Source of the DNA: an uncultured Candidatus Saccharibacteria bacterium
GTDB taxonomy: Bacteria > Patescibacteriota > Saccharimonadia > Saccharimonadales > JAGQNJ01
Assembly: GCA_964493895.1 (NCBI GenBank)
Contig: CAZBPY010000003.1
Span: 102,146 to 166,145 of the forward strand
Direction of reading: 5' to 3'
DNA length: 64,000 nucleotides
The number at the start of each line of letters is the position of its first letter. The first letter of the stretch is position 1. Made by a program: the position numbers and the translations under genes. The notes beneath the pieces were generated by a model that was not told the origin of the DNA, did not search any database, and saw nothing but the letters and a program-made list of their open reading frames with translations. Below, one piece after another: positions 8,370-17,569 of this stretch.

Positions 8370-9647
8370 TTATCTATCACTGGGTAAAGAAAAGGTAGCG
8401 GCAAGCTCACGGACTTCCCTGGCCAGCTTATCAAGCTTAGCTTCATCATTGCGTGATTGGATAGCCGCCAGCATCCATTCGGCTACCACCGGCATATGCT
8501 CTTCTCTCAACCCCCGGGTAGTTATCGCTGGCGTACCTAGTCTAATACCACTTGGTCTAAAAGGCGGCAACGGATCATCCGGCACGACATTCTTATTTAG
8601 CGTCAGTCCGATACGATCCAGTACCGTCTCGGCTTCGGCCCCGTCAATATTGAAGGACTGCTTTACATCGGCCACTACCATGTGATTATCAGTACCATTG
8701 GTTACCAACCTAAAGCCGCGTTTCATAAGTTCATCCGCTAACTTTTTAGAATTTTTTAAGATTTGCTTGGCATACTGGCGGAATTGGGGCGTGTCAGCTT
8801 CGCCCAAAGCCACGGCCTTAGCGGCAATAATGTGCATATGAGGGCCGCCCTGAATGCCCGGAAAAACTGTCCGGTCAATCAAAGTCGGCAGGTTGGCAAT
8901 GGTGTGGTCCGGGGCTTTCAAGGGATTCGACACCGTACCGTTGGACAAAATCATACCCCCGCGCGGACCGCGCAAGGTCTTGTGAGTTGTGGTGGTCATA
9001 ACCTGAAAACCGGCTTCCAAAGGGTTGGCTAAAACACCGGCTGCGATTAGGCCGGCGATATGAGCCACATCAGCCATCAAAACAGCATCGACTTCACGAC
9101 CGATTGCCACGAATTTTTGATAATCTAGTTCGCGCGGGTAAGACGAAAATCCAGCCAGGATAATCTTCGGCTTCTCTTTCAGCGCAATCTCACGCATCAA
9201 CTCATAGTCAATCTCACCGGTTTCAACATCCTTCATGCCATAGCGAACGAAGTTAAAAACCTTAGCCGGCATGGTTCCTGGCCGGCCGTGAGTCAGGTGC
9301 CCGCCATGGCTAAGCTCCATACCTAAAACCGTGTCGCCCGGTTCTAGCCAAGCATAATAAACTGCTTCATTGGCCGGCGCCCCGGAGTGCGGCTGAACAT
9401 TAGCGTGATCTGATTTAAACAATTTTTTGGCCCGAGCAATAGCTAGCTCTTCAACTTGGTCAGTATTGATCTGGCCGCCATAATACCGCCGGTGTGGATA
9501 GCCTTCGGAGTACTTGTTGGTGAAGACGCTGCCCATGGCCTCTAGCACACCTCGGCTGACGTAATTTTCCGATGGGATTAGCTCTAGGCCTTCGCGCTGA
9601 CGCTTTTCTTCGGCCTGAATAAGTTTGGCAATCTCCCTATCAGTCAT
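8370..9647 (-). CDS. glyA: Serine hydroxymethyltransferase
   Basis: LELIPSENYVS, YYGG and TTTHKTLRGPRGG motifs. Confidence 0.95.
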   Translation of the reverse strand: MTDREIAKLIQAEEKRQREGLELIPSENYVSRGVLEAMGSVFTNKYSEGYPHRRYYGGQINTDQVEELAIARAKKLFKSDHANVQPHSGAPANEAVYYAWLEPGDTVLGMELSHGGHLTHGRPGTMPAKVFNFVRYGMKDVETGEIDYELMREIALKEKPKIILAGFSSYPRELDYQKFVAIGREVDAVLMADVAHIAGLIAAGVLANPLEAGFQVMTTTTHKTLRGPRGGMILSNGTVSNPLKAPDHTIANLPTLIDRTVFPGIQGGPHMHIIAAKAVALGEADTPQFRQYAKQILKNSKKLADELMKRGFRLVTNGTDNHMVVADVKQSFNIDGAEAETVLDRIGLTLNKNVVPDDPLPPFRPSGIRLGTPAITTRGLREEHMPVVAEWMLAAIQSRNDEAKLDKLAREVRELAATFSLPSDR

Positions 9648-9653
9648 AGATTA

Positions 9654-9659
9654 ATCTTA
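9654..9659 (-). promoter_or_regulatory. -10 box TAAGAT, 6 nt before the glyA ATG
   Basis: The minus strand reads gcTAAGATtaatctATG. No convincing SD. Confidence 0.4.
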
Positions 9660-9708
9660 GCAAACTTCCTGCCCCAGCGACCAATTAGCTTTGTGCTTAT
9701 CCCTTCTG

Positions 9709-9717
9709 TGGTATAAT
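9709..9717 (+). promoter_or_regulatory. Extended -10 TGgTATAAT upstream of the HTH-murA GTG
   Basis: Perfect extended -10. It lies inside the longest ORF, 9 nt before in-frame GTG 9727. Confidence 0.55.
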
Positions 9718-9726
9718 CCTTGCATT

Positions 9727-11250
9727 GTGAGCAGCACAAATGAAAAAATCGGCCAACTAATTTATCAGATACGACAAGAGCGTGGCATGACCCAAGCTGA
9801 CTTCGCTCGTCAACTTAAGACCAGTCAATCGGCTGTCAACCGCATCGAGCACGGCAAACAAAACATGAGCCTAGATATGCTCGGCCGAATTAGTGATGTA
9901 CTTAATAAACCCCTGATCAGCATATCTGAAGGAGCCGTTAACCTACGCATCGAAGGCGGCCACCAATTATCAGGCACGATTTCACTTAAAACCAGTAAGA
10001 ATGCTGTTGTGGCTCTATTGTGCGCCAGCTTACTAAACGAAGGTACCACCAGAATCAAGAAGGCGCCGCGCATTGAAGAAGTTAACCGTTTGGTGGAAGT
10101 CCTTCGCAGCCTTGATGTTAGTGTGCGCTGGCTGGCCGACAACGACTTAGAGATAAAGCCGCCAGCCAAATTGACCATAAAAAACATCGACAAACCTGCT
10201 GCTCGGCGGACCCGCAGCGTCTTAATGTTTATTGGGCCGCTACTTCACAAATTCAGTCAGTTTAATATCCCATACGCCGGCGGTTGTGAATTAGGCCGCC
10301 GAACGGTTCTGCCCCACCTTTATGGGTTGGAAGAATTTGGAGCTGAAATTTTTACTAAGTCCGGACATTACCACATAAATTCCAATCCGACCCTGCCAAA
10401 GCGCAGTGTGGTCTTATACGAGTCCGGCGATACTACGACTGAAAACATCTTAATGGCGGCTGCCGGATTCGAGGGCGAGACAGTCATTAAGATGGCTAGC
10501 GCAAATTACATGGTCCAAGATTTATGCTTCTTCCTGCAAAAGTTAGGTGTCAAAATTGATGGCATCGGTACCAGCACCTTACGTGTCCGAGGCGTCAAAA
10601 AGATCAAGAAAAATGTCACCTACGCACCGGCCGAAGACCCGGTCGAAGCTATGACTTTCATCTCGGCTGCCGTGACGACAAATTCTAATATCACCATCAA
10701 GCGCGTACCAATCGACTTTTTAGAGCTTGAGTTGCTGAAGCTAGAAAAGATGGGCCTGGACTATAAAATGACCAATCGATATAAGGCCGAGAACGGCCAA
10801 ACTGATCTGGTAGACCTAACTATACAAAAGCATAACGGCGAACTGATCGCTCCAAAAGAAAAGGTTTATAGCCGGCCATTCCCTGGACTGAACATTGATC
10901 ACTTGCCCTACTTTGTACCAATCGCGGCTGTAGCCAAGGGTCGAACTCTAATTCACGACTGGGTTTACGAAGAACGAGCTTTGATGTACACCGAAATGAA
11001 AAAAATTGGTGTTCAGGTTGAGCTAGCTGACCCGCACCGCGCCTTTATCACCGGCCCGACCAAATGGCGAGCTGCCGATGTCGTCTCTCCCAGCGGCATA
11101 CGTCCGGCGGTGATGTTGCTGATCGGCATGCTAGCCGCTCCGGGCACATCGATGCTGCGCAATGTCTACACTATCAATCGTGGCTATGAAGATCTGGCCG
11201 AACGACTCAATTCCTTGGGTGCCCGCATTAGCGTCATCCACGAACTCTAA
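9727..11250 (+). CDS. murA: XRE-type HTH domain fused to UDP-N-acetylglucosamine 1-carboxyvinyltransferase
   Basis: The N-terminus IRQERGMTQADFARQLKTSQSAVNRIEHGKQN is an HTH. The body is MurA-like (LRIEGGHQLSGTISLKTSKNA, PYAGGCELGRRTV with the active-site Cys). The start is uncertain (GTG 9727 or TTG 9691). Confidence 0.8.
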   Translation: MSSTNEKIGQLIYQIRQERGMTQADFARQLKTSQSAVNRIEHGKQNMSLDMLGRISDVLNKPLISISEGAVNLRIEGGHQLSGTISLKTSKNAVVALLCASLLNEGTTRIKKAPRIEEVNRLVEVLRSLDVSVRWLADNDLEIKPPAKLTIKNIDKPAARRTRSVLMFIGPLLHKFSQFNIPYAGGCELGRRTVLPHLYGLEEFGAEIFTKSGHYHINSNPTLPKRSVVLYESGDTTTENILMAAAGFEGETVIKMASANYMVQDLCFFLQKLGVKIDGIGTSTLRVRGVKKIKKNVTYAPAEDPVEAMTFISAAVTTNSNITIKRVPIDFLELELLKLEKMGLDYKMTNRYKAENGQTDLVDLTIQKHNGELIAPKEKVYSRPFPGLNIDHLPYFVPIAAVAKGRTLIHDWVYEERALMYTEMKKIGVQVELADPHRAFITGPTKWRAADVVSPSGIRPAVMLLIGMLAAPGTSMLRNVYTINRGYEDLAERLNSLGARISVIHEL

Positions 11251-11262
11251 GCTGTGCGAACA

Positions 11263-12006
11263 CTATTCAATAATTGCACCCCAACCCAGTTTTTGAGCTT
11301 GGTTTTGAACGGGCCGGTTCTTGACCACCCAGACTAAAATTGGCCCTCCCCAAACTCGTGCAATAAATCTGAAGTAAGGTTTAAATGCTGCTTGCACATC
11401 ATAAGCAATAAACTGCGGATGAGCCAAAGGTGCTAACAGCAGTTTTGCCCCGATAAATCTCTGGATTGGATTGGTTGGTTGGCCTTCCAGAGTTCCAGCC
11501 ACCAGCCCGCATATTAAATCCGGTCGGTTTTTATAAAACCATCGGACAGTCCGAGGATTGAACGACTGCACAGCAAATTTTCCTGAATATCTATTCAAAA
11601 TTTTCACAACTGCCGGTTCAATCCGGCCATGGCCATAACGGCTCTTGATTTCAATCAACAGTGGCACTTGGCACCTGACGACCTGAAGTACTTCTGCTAA
11701 TGTCGGTATCGTTTCTTTAGTCTTCAGCAATTTTAGCTGCCTGATTTCATTGAGTTTTGTGTTTTTAACCTTTTGATTAAGTCCTGTCATTCGCTGCAAA
11801 TTACGATCGTGAAACACAACAACTTCATCATCAGCTGTAAGCTGAACATCAAGTTCGATAGGCATGTTTTTATTGATAGCTCGCTGGAAAGCAGCCAAGG
11901 AATTCTCTGGCACTTTTTTATCATGCAATCCCCGGTGAGCTATCGGTCGCGACAGTAGCCAGTGGTCTTGACCTATCCGGTTTTTCATCAATCTGTATCG
12001 TAGCAC
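11263..12006 (-). CDS. Glycerophosphodiester phosphodiesterase
   Basis: IAHRGL...PENSL.AF and ELDVQLT.D..VVFHD motifs. Confidence 0.8.
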   Translation of the reverse strand: MLRYRLMKNRIGQDHWLLSRPIAHRGLHDKKVPENSLAAFQRAINKNMPIELDVQLTADDEVVVFHDRNLQRMTGLNQKVKNTKLNEIRQLKLLKTKETIPTLAEVLQVVRCQVPLLIEIKSRYGHGRIEPAVVKILNRYSGKFAVQSFNPRTVRWFYKNRPDLICGLVAGTLEGQPTNPIQRFIGAKLLLAPLAHPQFIAYDVQAAFKPYFRFIARVWGGPILVWVVKNRPVQNQAQKLGWGAIIE

Positions 12007-12112
12007 TAAACGAGCAATGTTGTAATTTATTTACAAATTGGCACAAAAGTTGAACCATAAGCGTATAATTGTAGATAGGTGGGAGACCATATCAAATAAA
12101 AAGGAGGGTGTG

Positions 12113-12454
12113 ATGAAGCCTAGTGATGTCGTAGCCCGCGTGACTCAGGTCAGCGTGGCTTTGATCGGCTTGCTGCTTGGTGTTCGTTTTCTGCTTCGTG
12201 CGTTCAACGCCGATGTCAGCAACCGCCTTGTATCATGGATTTATGATACAAGCGCCCCAGCAGTCGAACCATTTTTCGAATGGTTCCAACCGGTCCGCAC
12301 TGGCGACGGCTTCAACGTAGAGGTGCAAACGCTCATGGCGCTTGCTTTCTATGTATTTGTCGCCTTCGCGGTTTTGGCTGTGGTTGGCCGTTACCGCACT
12401 CGCGCCGATGGCGTGCAACCAAAGAGGCTCTTATCTGTCTCTTTCAAGCGCTAG
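12113..12454 (+). CDS. YggT-like small membrane protein
   Basis: SD aaggaggg 5 nt before ATG 12113. Two hydrophobic segments. LVSWIYDTSAPAVEPF resembles the YggT motif. Confidence 0.45.
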   Translation: MKPSDVVARVTQVSVALIGLLLGVRFLLRAFNADVSNRLVSWIYDTSAPAVEPFFEWFQPVRTGDGFNVEVQTLMALAFYVFVAFAVLAVVGRYRTRADGVQPKRLLSVSFKR

Positions 12455-12467
12455 AAAATATTGGCGT

Positions 12468-12500
12468 AAAAAAGCCCGGGTCAAAGAACCCGGGTTTTTT
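12468..12500. terminator. Bidirectional rho-independent terminator
   Basis: cccggg(N8)cccggg stem flanked by an A-run and a T-run. It serves the plus-strand gene and tRNA-His on the minus strand. Confidence 0.7.
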
Positions 12501-12519
12501 AATGGTCTACTCTAACATT

Positions 12520-12597
12520 TGGGGCGAGTAATGGGATTCGAACCCACGACCTTCGGTACCACAAACCGACGCTCTAACCAACTGAGCTATACTCGCC
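12520..12597 (-). tRNA. tRNA-His(GTG) with encoded G-1 and CCA
   Basis: Anticodon loop ttGTGgt. An extra 5' G lies opposite C73. T-loop ggttcgaatcc. Confidence 0.9.
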
Positions 12598-12637
12598 ACG
12601 AGAACAGAGGTAATTATAGCCTTTTTGTCCCAATAAC

Positions 12638-13213
12638 TCAATCGTTGTCTGTCTGATCAGCCAAGAGAGCATCTCGTCGACGTTGAACACTTTCCAGCTG
12701 TTTGCTAGATTTCCTAATAGGCCAGATTTTATTTTGAAACAAAGCAATATTATACAAAATAGTGCTGGTAGCCAAGGTCACATGAGCCATCCACTCAGAA
12801 GGGACAGATGGAACAAGGCTCAAATGTGATCTCAGGTCTTGGCTAAAATGCTGGAGCTGATTAACGCTATTGGTGTCGAGATCGACCCAGGCTAAGGCGG
12901 CGGCAGTACCCATAGCTGTGAAGATTGACATGACATTTCTATTGCCAACAAGTTCTTCCCGTCTCCTTTCGATTTCTGTATCGAGTAAATTGGCAGCTGC
13001 TGCCTGAGTCTTTGGGTCATTGCTTAGAGATTTTGGGGTATTGCTTAATGGACCCAGGTCGAATACCTCGCCGTCCATGACAAGCTGCAAGGTTTGCACA
13101 GTTCGCAATTCCGTTTGAGATGTCTCGGCTGTGTCATCTGTTACTTCCGGGTTAGCTAGGGGTATTTCCGGCGATTGTGCAGCTTCGGGTGTTGGATTTT
13201 GCGGCCCTGACAT
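12638..13213 (-). CDS. Hypothetical protein
   Basis: 191-aa ORF between tRNA genes. No motif recognised. Confidence 0.45.
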   Translation of the reverse strand: MSGPQNPTPEAAQSPEIPLANPEVTDDTAETSQTELRTVQTLQLVMDGEVFDLGPLSNTPKSLSNDPKTQAAAANLLDTEIERRREELVGNRNVMSIFTAMGTAAALAWVDLDTNSVNQLQHFSQDLRSHLSLVPSVPSEWMAHVTLATSTILYNIALFQNKIWPIRKSSKQLESVQRRRDALLADQTDND

Positions 13214-13269
13214 ACTAACAATCTAGCAGGTTGGGCTAGCAATATCAGTTGTAAAATTTTCAAATTCTC

Positions 13270-13346
13270 TGGTACCCCGGGTAGGATTCGAACCCACGAC
13301 CTTGACGTTAGAACCGTCCTGCTCTATCCAGCTGAGCTACCGGGGC
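13270..13346 (-). tRNA. tRNA-Arg(TCT), CCA encoded
   Basis: Acceptor gccccgg, anticodon loop gtTCTaa, T-loop ggttcgaatcc. Confidence 0.85.
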
Positions 13347-13359
13347 TCATATTCTAGGC

Positions 13360-13434
13360 TGGTGCGGGTGGAGAGAATCGAACTCTCGTCTTCAGCTTGG
13401 AAGGCTGACATATTAGCCACTATACGACACCCGC
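13360..13434 (-). tRNA. tRNA-Gly(TCC), CCA encoded
   Basis: Acceptor gcgggtg, anticodon loop ctTCCaa, T-loop agttcgattct. Confidence 0.85.
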
Positions 13435-13475
13435 GTGTCTTTGAACGCAACTATTATAACAGAGGAGGATCGGTT

Positions 13476-15899
13476 TTACGAGCGTTCCTCTAGGGCAGTT
13501 TGCAGCTCGGGAGCGTCAAAGGTGATGACCTCGCCGGGCGCGGCCGCGCCGGCCAGCAGCTTTTGAGCAACCAGGTTTTCAACCGCCCTTTGCATGACCC
13601 GCCGGAGCGGCCGCGCCCCAAGCCGCGGATCATAGCCAACCTGTGCCATGTACTGCTTGGCAGCTGGAGTCAAATCAACACTAACTTTTCGCCCAGCCAA
13701 GGTTTTGTTGATTGATGCCAACAACAAATCAACAACCTGCAACAGCTCCTGCTGAGATAACGGCCTAAACAACACAATTTCATCAAAACGATTCAAAAAC
13801 TCTGGCCGGAAAATGTTGGCTTCAATTAGCTCGTCAACAAATTTCGATTCGAATTGTTCTAACTGCTCGCCGGCAGCAATATGCTGGCGAATTCTATCCG
13901 CCCCGGCGTTACTGGTAGCAATAATAATGGCATCCTTAAAGCTAATCGGTTGGTTGGTAGTATCACGCAAAACTCCCTCATCCAACATTTGCAGCAGCAA
14001 ATTCAAAACGTTGGGATGAGCTTTTTCGATTTCGTCCAACAGCACCACACTAAAAGGCTGTTTGGCAATCTGAGCACACAGACTATAAGGATCAGTTGCA
14101 CCGGCAGCCAGAATCCGCGATGTATCATTGGGCCGGGAGTACTCATTCAGATCAACTCGAACAATGCGATTCTCACCACCAAAATAGACAGCCGCCAGAG
14201 CCTTGGACAATTCGGTTTTACCAACTCCGGTTGGACCAAGAAATAGGAAAGTTCCAATCGGTTTGTTCTCATTACGCACTCCGGCTCGGGCCCGCCTTAG
14301 GGCATCACTGACCAACTTCACCGCTCGAGTCTGGTTAATCATGCGCCGGTGAATTCGCTCCTCCAAATTGAGTAAGATGTCTTTTTCCTCAAAAGTATCA
14401 GCTGTCTGGACTTTAACATCGAAAGACTTTTCAACGGCTTGTTGCACTGACCGGGCCGTAATGAAATGTTTCTGCTCGGCAAAACCAGCCGCAGCTTCCA
14501 ACAACTTCATAGCTTTACCCGGAAAAGCCTGCTCGTGAATAAACCTGTCAGCTAACCGGTAGGCTTCATTCAAAGCCTGCTGCATATAAATTACATCATT
14601 GCGCCCCTCTAGCAACAGAACCTGATCCTCCATGACTTTGATCACATCACCATGATCAAGAGGCTTAATCGCCACTCGATTCATCATCTGAACCAAGCCC
14701 GGATTCGCCTGTGACAATCGCAGCCATTCTTGTTCAGTCAAAGCCATGATAAGCGGCATCCCACCACCTTCGATCACCGGCAACAACAAATTCGACAGAT
14801 CAACCGATCCGGTACCGTCTTTCAAAAACAACTGGGCCTCATCCAGAAACAGAATGATATTTTTGGCCGCTATAATTTCATTAAAGACCCGGATCAGCAG
14901 GTCTTCCAACTGACCTCGGCCTTGGGCATTGGCAATTAGATTGGCCGCATCCAAAGTAATAATCTGGTGATAGCGCAAGTTAGCCGGCACCCGATCACGG
15001 TCCTCTAGCAACTTTTCAGCAAAACTACTGAGGATTGTGGTCTTGCCGACACCAACATCCCCGACCAGGACAGCATTACGCCGACCTGGCTGACTCATCA
15101 AATGGATAAGCTGATCTGTGGCCGTGTCATGACCGGCTACATCCCGAGCTAGCAATCCGCCATGCTCAATATTTTCGGTGATGTTAAAGCCAACACGACT
15201 TAACAGCGGCACCCAACCAAAACTTAAATCCCGGCCAATGCCGCCAAAGTTCTTGCGTTCACGGACCCGCCTTATGACGCTGTCGATGTGGGTAAACCAA
15301 TTCAGTCCTTCGGCGATGTCTTTGCTATCGACTCTTAGGCCAGCCAGTTGCGTATCGTGTCCCGGAATTGCCAAAACCAATCCGGCCACCACCGCGGCGC
15401 TAGAAATTTGGCTATTACCGGTATCGATACTAAGCTGCAAAGCTGATTGCCAAACTAAGTTTGTTGTGATGGTTTCTTTGCTTGACAAGCCCTGTAAGAA
15501 GTCAGACCCGACCCCAAATCTGGAACCATAAAAACGACTGCCTGGCGAGTCGGTGACTACAACCGCTAGATCGTGTGGTGACATTTCAGGCTTTAGCCGC
15601 GCCAGAACTTTGCGGTCCAAGACGCTGGCAATGTCTCGAGTGCTGGAAATATTTTCCGATGGCTTTAAATCGCGCAGCTCACCATAATACCAAAACACCA
15701 GAGTGGCCAGAACGCCTACCGGCGCTAGCCACAAATGACCCACTGGTTGATGGCTTAACAAAGCCTGCCAGACCCAACCAGCCAACGAAGCAAAAATCGC
15801 CAGCCACATAAGTTTTCGAATCAAGCCGTTGTCAAACCAGACAGCGGTTTTGGCTTTGGTGACGCGGGGATTTTTTGGATTAAAGCTTAGGCCAGTCAT
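13476..15899 (-). CDS. Membrane-anchored two-ring Clp/Hsp100-type AAA+ ATPase
   Basis: Two predicted N-terminal TM helices. Walker A motifs GDVGVGKTT and GPTGVGKTE, Walker B motifs LFLDEAQ and LLDEIEKAH. Start at ATG 15899, forming an ATGA overlap with the upstream stop. Confidence 0.8.
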   Translation of the reverse strand: MTGLSFNPKNPRVTKAKTAVWFDNGLIRKLMWLAIFASLAGWVWQALLSHQPVGHLWLAPVGVLATLVFWYYGELRDLKPSENISSTRDIASVLDRKVLARLKPEMSPHDLAVVVTDSPGSRFYGSRFGVGSDFLQGLSSKETITTNLVWQSALQLSIDTGNSQISSAAVVAGLVLAIPGHDTQLAGLRVDSKDIAEGLNWFTHIDSVIRRVRERKNFGGIGRDLSFGWVPLLSRVGFNITENIEHGGLLARDVAGHDTATDQLIHLMSQPGRRNAVLVGDVGVGKTTILSSFAEKLLEDRDRVPANLRYHQIITLDAANLIANAQGRGQLEDLLIRVFNEIIAAKNIILFLDEAQLFLKDGTGSVDLSNLLLPVIEGGGMPLIMALTEQEWLRLSQANPGLVQMMNRVAIKPLDHGDVIKVMEDQVLLLEGRNDVIYMQQALNEAYRLADRFIHEQAFPGKAMKLLEAAAGFAEQKHFITARSVQQAVEKSFDVKVQTADTFEEKDILLNLEERIHRRMINQTRAVKLVSDALRRARAGVRNENKPIGTFLFLGPTGVGKTELSKALAAVYFGGENRIVRVDLNEYSRPNDTSRILAAGATDPYSLCAQIAKQPFSVVLLDEIEKAHPNVLNLLLQMLDEGVLRDTTNQPISFKDAIIIATSNAGADRIRQHIAAGEQLEQFESKFVDELIEANIFRPEFLNRFDEIVLFRPLSQQELLQVVDLLLASINKTLAGRKVSVDLTPAAKQYMAQVGYDPRLGARPLRRVMQRAVENLVAQKLLAGAAAPGEVITFDAPELQTALEERS

Positions 15900-16273
15900 T
15901 GTCCTATGCCTCCAAGGAATAGAATTAGGCCCACAATTGGCAGCAGCGGGATCGCCGGCCACAATACCATAAAAGCTAAACCAGTGGCACCGGCGAAAAT
16001 GGAGCAAATTGCTCCTGCTGCCAACAATATGCTGCGGACAATAAAGCCAATAATTCTAGAGACAAATTTATCGACGGCTGCCCGAAAGTGAACGCCCAGC
16101 GAACCTTTTACTCGCCCGGCGTAAGTTTGCTTGAACGGCGCAAACCATGTGCGCAGCAGCTCGCTCATGGAAAAGGTGTTCTCGCACCACTGCAGTCGAT
16201 GAACCACTCCGCGATGCCAAGCATAGGCCCACCCGGCGCTATACCACCACCGTACGCACAACCAAATAAACAT
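15896..16273 (-). CDS. Small integral membrane protein, translationally coupled to the Clp-like ATPase
   Basis: Its TGA stop overlaps the downstream ATG (ATGA). Hydrophobic C-terminal half. Confidence 0.55.
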   Translation of the reverse strand: MFIWLCVRWWYSAGWAYAWHRGVVHRLQWCENTFSMSELLRTWFAPFKQTYAGRVKGSLGVHFRAAVDKFVSRIIGFIVRSILLAAGAICSIFAGATGLAFMVLWPAIPLLPIVGLILFLGGIGQ

Positions 16274-16308
16274 AAGAATATTATATCAGAGCAGAACCGT
16301 TTCTACCC

Positions 16309-16851
16309 TTATGCAATCAGACGTTCCAAGATGTCACCCAGGGCGAAGGCTAGTACTGCGGCAATTAGACCTAGTGAGACTGTTTCGAATACGGCTCGGA
16401 TGACTGGTGTTTTAGCGACTCGACTTTTTAATAAGCCAATCCCCCAGAAAGCTACAGCTGTCGACAGAATTGAAACTAAGAAAACTTTATCCTCGCCAAG
16501 ACCAAAACTAAAATCAAAAACATAGGCCAACAGCGGTACAAGTCCGACCAAAATAAAAGCAATGTAGGTCATAAAGCCATTGATAACCGGTGAAGGTTCA
16601 TCAGCAATTGATTGGCCACGCTTTTGCTTTAACTCTAGTTCGGATTTGGTCGACAAATACGACCCGACACCCATCGAAAAACCATCAGCAATCAGGTTAG
16701 CGAATCCCAAAACCAAGATAATCTTCAGGTCAAATCGGGCACCGGTAGCCCCGGCCACTACAGCAAAAGTTGTCACCGCCCCGTCAATGCCACCGTAAAC
16801 GAATTCGCTAAGATAATCCTCAATGTGTTGTTTGATTTTCTCCAAAGCCAT
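16309..16851 (-). CDS. VIT1/CCC1-family iron/manganese transporter
   Basis: VYGGIDGAVTTFAVVAG motif and multiple TM segments. Confidence 0.75.
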   Translation of the reverse strand: MALEKIKQHIEDYLSEFVYGGIDGAVTTFAVVAGATGARFDLKIILVLGFANLIADGFSMGVGSYLSTKSELELKQKRGQSIADEPSPVINGFMTYIAFILVGLVPLLAYVFDFSFGLGEDKVFLVSILSTAVAFWGIGLLKSRVAKTPVIRAVFETVSLGLIAAVLAFALGDILERLIA

Positions 16852-16872
16852 TATAGAGGTACTATAGCATAA

Positions 16873-17523
16873 TTATACTGAATTTTGCAAAGTGTTCAGG
16901 AGAAGCGCCAATAGAATCGGCACGAAAATATTGTCACTGCCACGGACGGCCAAACTCTCGATGGTGGTAGCCACAAACGGTATCAACAATAGCAACGATG
17001 TCGGTATGACTGCGAAACTTCCCGGTTCGAACCAAATCAACCAGGATGTGATAGCGGCCGAGACAATAAAAAAGGCCAAATTTCCAGCCAATGTCTTTTT
17101 GTAGCCCAGGATTTTGTAAGCATTGGTTTTGCCGTACTTCTCGCCGACCAGCGCCGCCAAGCCGTCTGCTAAACTCAAATGCAAAATAGCTGCCGTAAAA
17201 ATCCAGGGGTCATTGGCAATCCACAAAGTTCCGGCAATGCCTACTGGGAACATCACATCGCCCCAGGTCTTGCGGCGGACCTTATGGATCGACGGAAATA
17301 GCCCGCCGATGCGAGTGATAATAACCACGGCCAAAAAGGCTGCACAAATTAGGTAAATAGTTTGGCTGGTCATGAAAAATGGCCAGGTGGCCACAAAAGA
17401 TCCGACGGTAATGTGAACAAACTTTCGAGCAATTTCCGGGTTGAGCCGTTCTTGTTTCTTAATTTGCTCGGCCAGCAGCAGCAGGACAAAGACAATTCCA
17501 ACAGAAATCAAGCCGGCGATCAT
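16873..17523 (-). CDS. CdsA-family membrane protein (polyprenol/dolichol or phytol kinase-like)
   Basis: Polytopic. LADGLAALVGEKYGK...KTLAGNLAFF motif. Confidence 0.55.
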   Translation of the reverse strand: MIAGLISVGIVFVLLLLAEQIKKQERLNPEIARKFVHITVGSFVATWPFFMTSQTIYLICAAFLAVVIITRIGGLFPSIHKVRRKTWGDVMFPVGIAGTLWIANDPWIFTAAILHLSLADGLAALVGEKYGKTNAYKILGYKKTLAGNLAFFIVSAAITSWLIWFEPGSFAVIPTSLLLLIPFVATTIESLAVRGSDNIFVPILLALLLNTLQNSV

Positions 17524-17569
17524 AAGCTGTATTGTAGCAGCTTAGCAAACACCAATCCTTAAATTTTTC

